A stretch of DNA of 63,698 bases, filler included, from Octopus bimaculoides (Eukaryota), in NCBI RefSeq assembly GCF_001194135.2. It is 9 parts of 8 records of this genome, joined end to end, with 100 filler letters (N's around TTAATTAATTAA, not from the genome) between each part and the next. Parts side by side here need not be neighbours in the genome. Positions count along the whole stretch, not along the records: positions 3,406 to 30,150 come from NC_068985.1; 8 more parts are not named here. One strand, written 5' to 3'. The translations under genes were made by a program, and so were the position numbers. How positions within the stretch are numbered: the first letter of the stretch is position 1; each line of letters starts with the position of its first letter. The notes beneath the pieces were generated by a model. The model searched no databases. It was not told the DNA's origin and saw only the letters and a list, made by a program, of their open reading frames with translations. This document shows, one piece after another, positions 11,168 to 22,230 of the stretch.

Positions 11168-11845
11168 GTAACGGAAACTAACGGAAAGTAACGGTAACTA
11201 ACTGAAGGTAACGGAAACTAACGGAAACTAATGAAAAGTAACGAAAACTAACGGAAAGTAACGGAAGCTAACGGAAAGTAGCAGAAACGAACGGAAACTA
11301 ACGGAAGGTAATGGCAAGTAACGGTAACTAACGGAAGGTAACGGAACGTTATGGAAACTAATGAAAAGTAACGAAAACTAACGGAAAATATCGGAAAATA
11401 ACGGAAACTAACGGAAAGTAACGGAAACTAACGGAAGGTAATGGCAAGTAACGGTAACTAACGGAAGGTAACGGAACGTTATGGAAACTAATGAAAAGTA
11501 ACGAAAACTAACGGGAAATATCGGAAAATAACGGAAACTAACGGAAAGTAGCGGAAACGAACGGAAGGTAATGGCAAGTGACGGTAACTAACGGAACGTT
11601 ATGGAAACTAACGGAAAATATCGGAAAATGACGGAAACTAACGGAAAGTAGCGGAAACTAACTGAAAGTAGCGGAAACTAACGGAAACTAATGAAAAGTA
11701 ACGAAAACTAACGGAAAGTAACGGAAACTAACGGAAAGTAGCGGAAACTAATGAAAAGTAACGGAAACTAACGGATAGTAGCGGAAACGAACGGAAACTA
11801 ACGGAAAGTAACGGAAACTACCGGAAGGTAACGGAACCTAACAGA
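11168..11845. repeat. 10-bp tandem array TAACGGAAA(C/G)
   Basis: Dozens of TAACGGAAAC/TAACGGAAAG/TAACGGAAGG units. Further arrays at ~13212-13572 and ~14751-14970. Confidence 0.95.
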
Positions 11846-14800
11846 AAGTTAGTGTGCCATAGGTCTCCCCAAATGTGCCACCCGTAACTGTGCCATACGG
11901 CTCCCTATATGTGCCGTCTTGGATGTGCCACCCTCCTAAATGTGCCACCCTCTTTACTGTGCCATAGGGCTCCACATATGTGCCGCCCAGGATGTGCCAC
12001 CCTCGTAAGTGTGCCATAGGTCTCCCCATATGTGCCAACCTTGTAATTGTGCCATAGGGCAACCCATATGTGCCGCCCGGGATGTGTCTCCCTCGTAAGT
12101 GAGCCATAGGTCTCCCCATATGTACCGCCCTGGATGTGTCTCCCTCGTAAGTGAGCCATAGGTCTCCCCATATGTGCCGCTTATGAGGTGCCACCCTCGT
12201 AAGTGTGTCATAGAGCCCCCCATATTTGCCGCCCAGAATGTGCCAACCTCATAAGTGTGCCATTGGGCTCCCATATGTGCCAACCTTGTATGTGTGCAAT
12301 AGCGCTCCCCATATGTTCCGCCAAGGATGTGCCGCCAACGAGGTGCCACTTTCGGGAGTGTGCCATAGGTCTTCCTCTATGTGCCGCCAAGGATGTGCCA
12401 TAGGGCTCCCCATATGTGCCGCCCAACATGTGCCACCCTCCTAAGTATGTCATAGGTGGCAATTCTGTGTGTGGCACTTCCTGGGTGCACACCTGGGGAG
12501 CCCTATGGTTAGGGTTAGGGATTGGATTAGTGCTAGGGTTAGGGTTAGGGACAGGGCTAGGGTTAGTGTTAGGTTTAGAGTTAGGGTTAATGTTAGGGTT
12601 AGGGCTAAATTTAGCTTTAGGGTTAGGGTTAATGTTAGGGTTAGGGCTACGATTAGGGTTAGGGCTAGGGTTAAGGTTCGGGCTAGGTAGGGTTAGTGTT
12701 AGGGTTAATGTTATGGTTAGGGTTAGGGCTAGGGCTANNNNNNNNNNNNNNNNNNNNNNNNNNNNNNNNNNNNNNNNNNNNNNNNNNNNNNNNNNNNNNN
12801 NNNNNNNNNNNNNNNNNNNNNNNNNNNNNNNNNNNNNNNNNNNNNNNNNNNNNNNNNNNNNNNNNNNNNNNNNNNNNNNNNNNNNNNNNNNNNNNNNNNN
12901 NNNNNNNNGGATTAGGGTTAGGGCTAATGTTAGGGCTAGGGTTAGGGCTAGGTTTAGGGCTAGGATTAGGGTTAGGGCTAGGGTTAGAGCAAGGGTTAGG
13001 GTTAATGTTAGGGTTAGTCTCTGACCTTTGACCCTTTTCCCGTGACCGTTTTTGATGAAAATTTTAATGAAGATTTTTGATAGTTTTTCATTAAAATTTT
13101 TGATCAAAATTTTGATGAAAATTTTTGATGTTAGAGGGTGGCATTTCCTTGGTGGCACATCTAGAGAGCCCTATGGCACAGCTAGAGGGTGGCACATATG
13201 TGGAGCCCTCGTGACGGAAACTAACGGAAGGTAACGGAAAGTAACGGTAACTAACGGAAGGTAACGGAAGCTAACGGAACGTAACGGAAACTAATGAAAA
13301 GTAACGGAAACTAACGGAAAGTAACGGAAACTAACGGAAAGTAACGGAAAATATCGGAAAATAACGGAAAGTAGCGGAAACGAACGGAAACTAACGGAAG
13401 CTAACGGAATCTAATGAAAAGTAACGGGAACCAACGGAAAATATCGGAAAATAACGGAAAGTAGCGGAAACGAACGGAAACTAACGGAAAGTAACGGACA
13501 CTAACGGAAACAAATGGAAGGTAACGGAAAATAACGGAAACCAACGGAAACTACCGGAACCTATCGGAAACTTAGTGTGCCATAGGACTCGCCAAATGTA
13601 CCACCCAGGATGTGCCACCCGTAACTGTGCCATACGGCTCCCTATATGTGCCGTCTAGGATGTGCCACCCTCCTAAATGTGCCATAGGGCTCCCCATATG
13701 TGCCGCTTATGAGGTGCCAACCTCGTAAGTGTGCCATAGGAATCCCTATATGTGCCACTCTCGTAAGTGTGCCATAGGGCTCCCAATATGTGCCGTCCCG
13801 GATGTGCCACCCTGCTAAGTGTGCCATAGGGCTCCCCATTTGTGACGACCAGGATGTGCCACCCACGTAAGTGTGCCATAGGGCTCCCCATATGTGCCGC
13901 CCTCGTAAGTGTGCCATAGGGCTCCCCTTATGTGTCGCCAAGGATGTGCCACCCTCCCAAGTGTGCCATTGGGCTCACATATGTGCCGCCCAGGATGTGC
14001 CACCCTTGTATGTGTGCCATAGGGCTCCCCATATGTTCCGCCAAGGATGTGCCGTAAACGATGTGCCACCCTCGTGAGTGTGCCACAGGTCTCCCTGTAT
14101 GTGCCGCCAAGGATGTGCCATAGGGCTCCCTATATGTGCCACCCTCCTAAGTATGTCATAAGGTGGCAATTCTGTGTGTGGCACTTCCTGGGTGGCACAC
14201 CTGGGGAGCCCTATGGTTAGGGTTACGGTTAGGGTTAGGGCTAGGGTTAGGGATTGGATTAGTGCTAGGGTTGGGGTTAGGGCTAGGGTTAGGGTTAGTG
14301 TTAGGTTTAGAGTTAGGGTTAATGTTAGGGTTAGGATTAGGGTTAGGGCTACGATTACGGTTAGGGCTAGGGTTAGGGCTAGGTAGGGTTAGTGTTAAGG
14401 TTAGTGTTATAGTTAGGGTTAGGGCTAGGGTTAGGGCTAGGTAGGGTTAGTGTTAGGGTTACTGTTATGGTTAGGGTTAGAGCTAGGGTTAGGGCTAGGA
14501 TTAGGGTTAGGGCTAGGGTTAGGGTTAATGCTAGGGTTAGTCTCTGACCTTTGACCCTTTTCCCGTGACCGTTTTTGATGAAAATTTTAATGAAGATTTT
14601 TGATGAAAATCTTTAGTAAAAATTTCGATGAAAATTTTTGTTGAAATTTTTGATGTTAGAGGGTGGCATTACAAAGGGTGGCATTTCCTTGGTGGCACAT
14701 CTAGAGAGCCCTATGGCACAGCTAGAGGGTGGCACATATGTGGAGCCCTCGTAACGGAAACTAACGGAAAATATCGGAAACTAACGGAAAGTAGCGGAAA

Positions 14801-16178
14801 CGAACGGAAACTAACGGAAGGTAACGGAAAGTAATGGAAACTATCGGAAAAGTAGCAGAAACGAACGGAATGTAACGGACACTAACGGAAAGTAACGGAA
14901 ACTAATGGAAGGTAACGGAAAGTAACGGAAACCAACGGAAACTACCGGAAGGTAACGGAACCTAACGGAAAGTGCCACCCGTAACTGTGCCATAGGGCTC
15001 CTTAGATGTGCCACCCTCGGAACTGTGCCATAGGGCTCCCCAGATGTCCCACCCAGGAAGTGCCACCCTCTGAAGTTCTACCCTCGTAAGTGTGCCATAG
15101 NNNNNNNNNNNNNNNNNNNNNNNNNNNNNNNNNNNNNNNNNNNNNNNNNNNNNNNNNNNNNNNNNNNNNNNNNNNNNNNNNNNNNNNNNNNNNNNNNNNN
15201 NNNNNNNNNNNNNNNNNNNNNNNNNNNNNNNNNNNNNNNNNNNNNNNNNNNNNNNNNNNNNNNNNNNNNNNNNNNNNNNNNNNNNNNNNNNNNNNNNNNN
15301 NNNNNNNNNNNNNNNNNNNNNNNNNNNNNNNNNNNNNNNNNNNNNNNNNNNNNNNNNNNNNNNNNNNNNNNNNNNNNNNNNNNNNNNNNNNNNNNNNNNN
15401 NNNNNNNNNNNNNNNNNNNNNNNNNNNNNNNNNNNNNNNNNNNNNNNNNNNNNNNNNNNNNNNNNNNNNNNNNNNNNNNNNNNNNNNNNNNNNNNNNNNN
15501 NNNNNNNNNNNNNNNNNNNNNNNNNNNNNNNNNNNNNNNNNNNNNNNNNNNNNNNNNNNNNNNNNNNNNNNNNNNNNNNNNNNNNNNNNNNNNNNNNNNN
15601 NNNNNNNNNNNNNNNNNNNNNNNNNNNNNNNNNNNNNNNNNNNNNNNNNNNNNNNGAAATTTTTGAAATTACTTCTATCAGTAAATTATGAACTTACTTT
15701 TATCTGTAATTCCGTCAGAAAAATAAAAAAAAAACGTTGCAAAAGTAAATAAGAAATTTGTAGGCAAATTTAACGAAGTGTACGGATTGAAGTGAAATTT
15801 ATGAAGTTACTTCTGTCAGTAAATTATGTATGAAATTATTTTCATCAGTAATTGTGAACTTCTTTCTGTCAGTAATTTGTTGTTGTTGTTCTTTGTAAAT
15901 AGCGATTGAAAACTTACAGTGAAAACAATAGAGAGAGTGGGTGAGATATAGATAGAGGGGAGAGAGTGAGCTAGCTAGTTAGACAAATTAGATATAGAGA
16001 GATCGATAAGATAGATAGATAAATAGATAGATAGATAGATGCAGTCTGTTGCTGTCTTTTTAAACCGGTTGCTTTCTTTCCCTAGCAAGTTGTCTCGTTT
16101 GGAGGCATAATCTATGTACATATTAAAGAGAACAACAAAAGTTATAACAGTTGGCAGGGTCGGTAGTTTTCACATTTC

Positions 16179-16368
16179 GGTAATTTTTTAGATTAACACC
16201 CGCACAATTACGTAACCGTAATCCTTAGACCCTAACCCTGACCCTAAAACCGTAACCATAACACTAACCCTCATCGTAACCCTAACCCTAAAACCCTAAC
16301 CCTGACCCAAAAACCGTAACCCTAACACCCTAGTGAAAATCGTGCGGGTGTTAATCTGAAAAATTACC
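16179..16368. mobile_element. MITE with ~31-bp TIRs and an 8-bp TSD, filled with (TAACCC)n-like repeats (possibly Merlin- or hAT-type)
   Basis: GGTAATTTTTTAGATTAACACCCGCACAATT vs AATCGTGCGGGTGTTAATCTGAAAAATTACC. Flanks CACATTTC (16171-16178) and CACATTTG (16369-16376). Confidence 0.8.
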
Positions 16369-16514
16369 CACATTTGTAATGAAGTTCACTGATTTGCAAT
16401 GTGTTGTCCATAAGCTCCGTAGTTTGTATGTATGAATGTGTATTCAAAAACATCTATATTTACACTTTAAAGTTGGTTTTTCACACTCAACCCTGTTCTG
16501 CAGAATCAGTGTAG

Positions 16515-16660
16515 CGACGGGAGGTTTGTACCCATCTCTACGTTCTGAGTTCAAATTCCGCCGAAGTCAACTTTGCCTTTCATCCTTTCGAGGTCTAAAA
16601 ATAAGTACCAGTTGGACACAGGGGTCGATATAATCGACTATTCTCCACCTACCCGAAGCC
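16515..16660 (+). mobile_element. SINE family B
   Basis: CGTTCTGAGTTCAAATTCCGCCGAAGTCAACTTTGCCTTTCATCCTTTCGAGGTC...AAGTACCAGTT...GGGGTCGAT. Confidence 0.8.
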
Positions 16661-17894
16661 ACCCTTGGGGGGAAAAATTTAAAATAATAATAATAATAAT
16701 AATGACGCCTGCCGATCAAACTCCCAACCCACAACTAAGTCTTAAGTGTATATATATATATATGGGCAACACACACACTAAATTAAAAAATGTTAGTAAG
16801 TAAAAGTGTTTTAAAAAGATTGTTAAGTTTTCAGATTAACACCAGTACTATTTTCACTACAGTGATAGGGTTAGGACGAAAAAGTGGAAAATGTGGATTT
16901 CTATAAACTTTTAAAAAGGCTTCACACAGATACAGAACTTCAGCATTATATATTAAGATGGGCAACACACACACACTAAATAAAAAAGAATGATAGGTAT
17001 TTGTATGTATGTGTGTATTAATGTGCATTCTCTGTGTGTGTATATATATATGGCTGTAATAATAATGACCTCTGCCGATGAAAGTCCCAACCCACAACTA
17101 AGTTTTAAGTGTATATATATATGGGCAACACACACACACACTAAATAAAAAATGTTAGTAAGTAACAGTGTTTTAAAAAAGATTGTTAAATTTTCAGATT
17201 AATACCTGCACGATTTTCACTACAGTGTTAGAATTGGGGCTTTAGGGTTAGGTAGGTAATCGTGCGGGTGTTAATCTCAAGATTTATGAAAAGATTTTCC
17301 AAAAAACTCAGTTTGTAGAGAATAAATGTTTGTCGATTGTATTTGAAAAAGATGTGACTATTTTTTTTCTGTCGTTATCATGGTGAAGGATGAGTTAGAA
17401 ATAACTTACAATTCCCGCTAATTAGAATGAGGTATGTATGTATATATGTAGTATTAAAATGAAACCATTAAAGTGAATCTGTCATTACAGTATCGAAATG
17501 TGATTGTTTCAGTTTTGATACTGAAATAGTTTTCTTTTACTGTCAGTGTTTCTCCTTCCTTTCTTTTTGTATTTGTTGTTGCATTGTTCGTAAAGGTTCA
17601 TAAGAGAAAGTAGGAGTTGAAAGGATTTGTATTAGAAAGAGGAAATTAGATTTTATTAGGGAGAAAATATTTACTCAAGTAGTTTTAAGGATTTTATTCG
17701 TTATTAGGAATTTCTTTGAGTGAAAAAATGACGCAGTGACCTAACAAATTGTATTTAGAATATTAATTGCGATTCTTTAATCCAAGAAATTTGGAATTGT
17801 GTAAATGTATGAATTTCAAACATACACACACACACACAGAGAAAATCTGCCTTTTATAGTATAGATACACACACATACATACATACATACACAT

Positions 17895-18100
17895 ATATGT
17901 GTGTGTGTTTATCACCCACCACTGTTTGACAACTGGTGTTGGTTTCTTTACATCCATGTAACTTAGTAGTTCCTAAGAGGCCGACAGAATAAGTACCAGG
18001 CTTAAAAGCAAAAAAGTAATGGGGTCAATTCATTCAACTAAAACCCTTCAAGGTGGTGCTCCAGCATGGCCACAGTCTAATGACTGAAACAAGTAAAACA
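17895..18100 (-). mobile_element. SINE family C (reverse orientation)
   Basis: Reverse complement of TCATTTGACTGCGGCCATGCTGGAGCACC...TACTTATTCT...ACACCAGTTGTCAA; multiple copies in the window. Confidence 0.75.
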
Positions 18101-18461
18101 TGAAAGCTTCCATAAAACTACATAAACAGGTGACCCCTGCTACAAATCACGACCTACAATTTTTAATAAAGAAGGACATGTTCAAGAATGTAGTCCCTAA
18201 CATTCTTTCACTTGTGTCAGGGCTGTGCCCCAACATTGCCTTAAAGTGGTTAGTTCATCAAATCAACTCCAGTACACAATTTAAACCTTGTACTTCTCTC
18301 CATCAGTCACTTCTTGCCAAACCAAAATGGGTTTTCAAGCAGTGAGAGATGCATAATTCATCCACAAGGCATTAGTGAGCTCAGTGGAACTGAACCAAAG
18401 ACATATGGTTGCAAAGTAGACTTCTTGGCACCACAGCCATGCCTGTGCATACATACACACA

Positions 18462-18504
<43 letters not shown>

Positions 18505-18875
18505 AATTCAAATTACGACAAACGTAAACAAACAAACGTAGTTTGCTTTTAGAAGCGTTGAGATGTCTTAGAAAGTTAAAGAATACAGAGACTGGTACAT
18601 CTTCAAATTTTTCTTTTAATTTAAGATACAGCATAATTAGTTAGTTGATCATTCTAACTAACTTAATTATGCTGTATAATTAATTGTCAAATTAAAAGAA
18701 AAATTTGAAGATGTACCAGTCACCTTCATAATTGTTTTGGATATATATATATATACATATATATATAACATTAATATTTAGTAGAACTTGAGTCACCTTG
18801 TTACTTCTGCTAAATATTAATAAAAATATATATATACTCATATTTTCAGTTCTATTTTTCCTGTTTGAACCACTA

Positions 18876-18911
<36 letters not shown>

Positions 18912-19446
18912 CTTATAAAAATATAATTATAGTTCAGGGCTACTGAAAATGACCATCGCCAATGCTATCCTGGAGAGGCTCTAACGTGGGAGTTCTGGCA
19001 TTGTGGAGAGCATGGAGACATCCCTTAATCACCATTACTAGCAGGTCCTGACTTGGAATGGTAGTACTTGTTAGGGTTCCTTCTATGAGTTAAATAGATT
19101 TCTCAAGGGTGGAGGAGGCTCCCGTTATTTTTGACAAAGCAATGAGGAAGGCAGCTCTTTTAGAAGGAAGATACTCTAACATAAAACTTACAGTCAAAAA
19201 TAATACCAGTCACCTTGCAATGCTGGTCATTGGAAACTACAATGGTGACAGAGTGAGTGATGAAAGTATAGTACAAGTTTTTGCCACTTAAATCCAATAA
19301 CATACAGATTGGACAAAGCCTTGTGAGTGGATTTAGTTGACAAAAACTTAGAGGTCTATCATGTGCATGTGTGTGTGTATGTGTGGTGTGTGTGTGTGTG
19401 TGTGTGTGTGTGCGCATGCGTGCGCACGTGTGTATATATATATATA

Positions 19447-20689
19447 TCAGATCATTAAGAATGAAATGTCCGATTTTCTTATGCACCAAGTTTGCCAGTT
19501 TTTAACTATAATATTTTATCCTGACAATTCTTTGTTTCACAACACTGAAGAGTTACATTATCACTTTTCGAAATACAATTCACGGTGTCTGTTTATATTG
19601 TGAGTTTTCTCTTGCAAATCAATTTTTGTGAACCCATGGAGAGAGAAAAAATTTGTGTTGTTCATGAATATGAGTGCCATCATGGAACCAATGCATCTCA
19701 GACAGCTTGAAATATCATTGAGGTGTTTGGTGAAGATGTGGCAAATGAGTGCACTGTACGTCGATGGTTTGAGAAGTTCTGGTCTGGTGACTTTACTCGT
19801 GAAAATCAGCCCTGTGGTAGACCCGAGACCAAGGTGGGTAATGATGAGCTGGAAACTGTAGTGAAAGTAGATACATCTCAAACTACACAAGTTAGCAGCA
19901 AAGTTTGATGTTTTGATTCCAACTGTATTGGACCATCTGAAACAAATCGGCAAGGTAAAGAAGGTACCACACAAACTGAACGAACATCAAATGACTTGTC
20001 ATTTTGAAACTTGCTGTTCTTTGCCGTCACAGCATAAAAGTGAACCATTTTTGCATCATATTGTTACATGTGATGAAAAATGGATTCTTTTCAACAATAG
20101 CAAGCATTCTGCAAAGTGGTTTAATAGAGATGAGGTGCCAAAATACAATCCAAAAAAGAATATTCATCAAAAAAAGCTAATGGTGTCTGTTTGGTGGTCC
20201 AGCACTGGTGTCATCCACTACAGCTTCATGAGACCTGGTAAGTCAATTACAGCAGATGTATAAATCAACCAATTGGATGAAATGATGAGTGAACTTGCAA
20301 TTAAACAACTGAGACTGGTCAATGGAGACAGGTCAATTCTCTTGCAAGACAATGCTTGCCCACATGTTGCACAAAGAATGTTACTCAAGTTACAGGAACT
20401 GAACTTAGAAGTACCCTGTCATCCACCATATTCATCAGATCTTGCACCAATGGACTATCATATTTTCCAGGCATTAGACAACTTTTGCAAGGAAAAAACT
20501 TCAAATCTGAAGAAGATGCAAAAACAGCCTTTCGTGATTTCATCACCTCTTGCTCTCTAGAATTCTTTACTGCCAGCATAAATAAGCTACCGATAAAATG
20601 GTAAAATTGTGTTGATAATTTAGGTGCATACTTTGATTAACTGCACTGCTTTTTGTTGAAAATTGGATATTTCATTCTTAATGACCTGA
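19447..20689 (+). mobile_element. Near full-length mariner (DD34D-type) transposon, frameshifted transposase
   Basis: TIRs TCAGATCATTAAGAATGAAATGTCCGATTTTC / GAAAATTGGATATTTCATTCTTAATGACCTGA with TA on both sides. Transposase motifs TVRRWFEKF, KVPHKL, TCDEKW, LLQDNACPH, HPPYSSDLAPMDY. Confidence 0.92.
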
Positions 20690-21609
20690 TATGTGTGTGT
20701 GTGTGTGTGTTAATGAATGAATATGCCCATAATTGTAGCTGAGGGTTTAGGATCCTTTATATTGGGGGGAGAGGCTGCAAACAAATCGGCACTGGTCTTA
20801 AGCAGTGAGATACACACACAAATATACATATATACAATAAGCTTCCATGTAGTTTTCATCTATCAAATTCTACAAGGCATTGTTTGACTCAGAGCTTGGC
20901 TGAGGGTCAGTGGGGCAGAGAGAGAATGGCAATATGTTATGCAATTTCAAACAAACTAACATCAGTTGTCAACCAATGATAATCAAAGTTAGTTTGAACA
21001 ACCTCACACAAGGTAATACAATGGGACTGAACTTGAAACCACATAGTTGCAAAGAGAACTCCTTAATCACACAGCCATGCCTGCACCTATATCAAAATAT
21101 TATAAAAAGCAAAAACAATAGTTAGAACACTTTTGATCAACTGCTTAATTTAAACTGACCTGGGGCTAAACAACAACTTGTACAGAACTAACAAGTTAAA
21201 CAACTTTTAAAAAATATGTTTAATCAATGAAAATTACATTTTTAATGAAGAGAAAAATTCATTAGGTTTAGTGACTGATTCCAGTCTAGAAAAATCTGGG
21301 ATTCCCTCCTAACTCATCTCTTTCCAGCAGGTGGTGAACTGCAATGGTTCAAAAAGAACATTGATGGCACCATTCCTACCATTCTCAGAGGGCCTATGAA
21401 AACCCCATACAGGCTGCTCCAGCAGTGAAAATACGAAATAAAAATTTTAAATCAGCAGAGACAACTTTGAGAGCAGAGTTAATTAAAAATCAAATGAAAA
21501 CATGAACTGGACTAATGTAATTTTAAATAATTTTAAATGGAAGTTGACTATCACAGTTTGGTATGAGACAAAGTAAAGATTAAGATTAAGTTAATGTTAA
21601 CATCTTTAA

Positions 21610-21824
21610 CCTTTTAGCATTAAGATTACTCTGTCAAATGTAATATTTTATTTATGCACATTGTTTTCAGTATGTTGTAGCATTATCTTATATCATTGAG
21701 ATGTGATTGCTTATTTTTATTTTGTGATTGCCTATTTTTAGGGTAGGTGTAAGAGGCTGGATCGGACCAGTTTGAAAATAAAACAAGTAGAATATATGCA
21801 CCAGACATAACTGGCTAAATGTTA
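21610..21824. mobile_element. piggyBac-type MITE (TTAA-CCC ends), degraded copy
   Basis: Starts TTAA|CCTTTTAGCATT; the body matches copies at 22231, 28635 and 49477. Confidence 0.6.
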
Positions 21825-22230
21825 ATTTGGTGAGTATAAAAGTAGCTCAAAACATACCTACATGAGAGCTGTGATCAATCAGCTGTTGGACAAGGTGACA
21901 AACTTATAAGTGAGGGACAAAGTAGGTCTGGTTAGAGTTGATATCATGGTGCTGACTACTCAGTTACACTGGAGTAGATATAGCTATATTGGTAAGTCCT
22001 ACCTACCTCACAAAGAACTTTACAGAGTACTTTCCAAAGGTCAATGAAAGTCTCTGGTTGATCACATAGGAAAGAACTATAGCATGTGTTATTCCGTCCA
22101 AGGTTAAAAAAAAACTCTGCCAATTTGGTGCCAATAGTAAAGTGTCAGTAATTCATGGAGGAAGATGCATGTATTTTCTGGTTTTGAATAGGAAGCCTAA
22201 ACTTTAAAGGATGCAGTTTTGATAATGTTA

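Larger units (their letters stand above)
9486..15100. repeat. Composite higher-order satellite containing interstitial telomere-like (TTAGGG-variant) arrays
   Basis: The order [52-bp GC minisatellite]-[TTAGGG/CTAGGG/TTAATG variants]-[TCTCTGACCTTTGACCCTTTTCCCGTGACCG linker]-[GATGAAAATTT repeats]-[inverted GC unit]-[TAACGGAAA(C/G) array] is seen three times (linkers at 10942, 13022, 14545), plus a partial fourth running into a gap. Confidence 0.9.

Noticed and set aside
9715-15100. Repeat blocks as a CRISPR-like array, or the long W/H/G-rich and LGLG ORFs as proteins
   Set aside because: There are no unique spacers and no cas genes, and the context is eukaryotic. The ORFs are translations of tandem repeats.
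14214-16330. G-rich arrays followed by a C-rich array as a telomere-telomere fusion scar
   Set aside because: The arrays are ~1.7 kb apart with a gap and unrelated DNA between them, and the C-rich one sits inside a TIR/TSD-bounded element.
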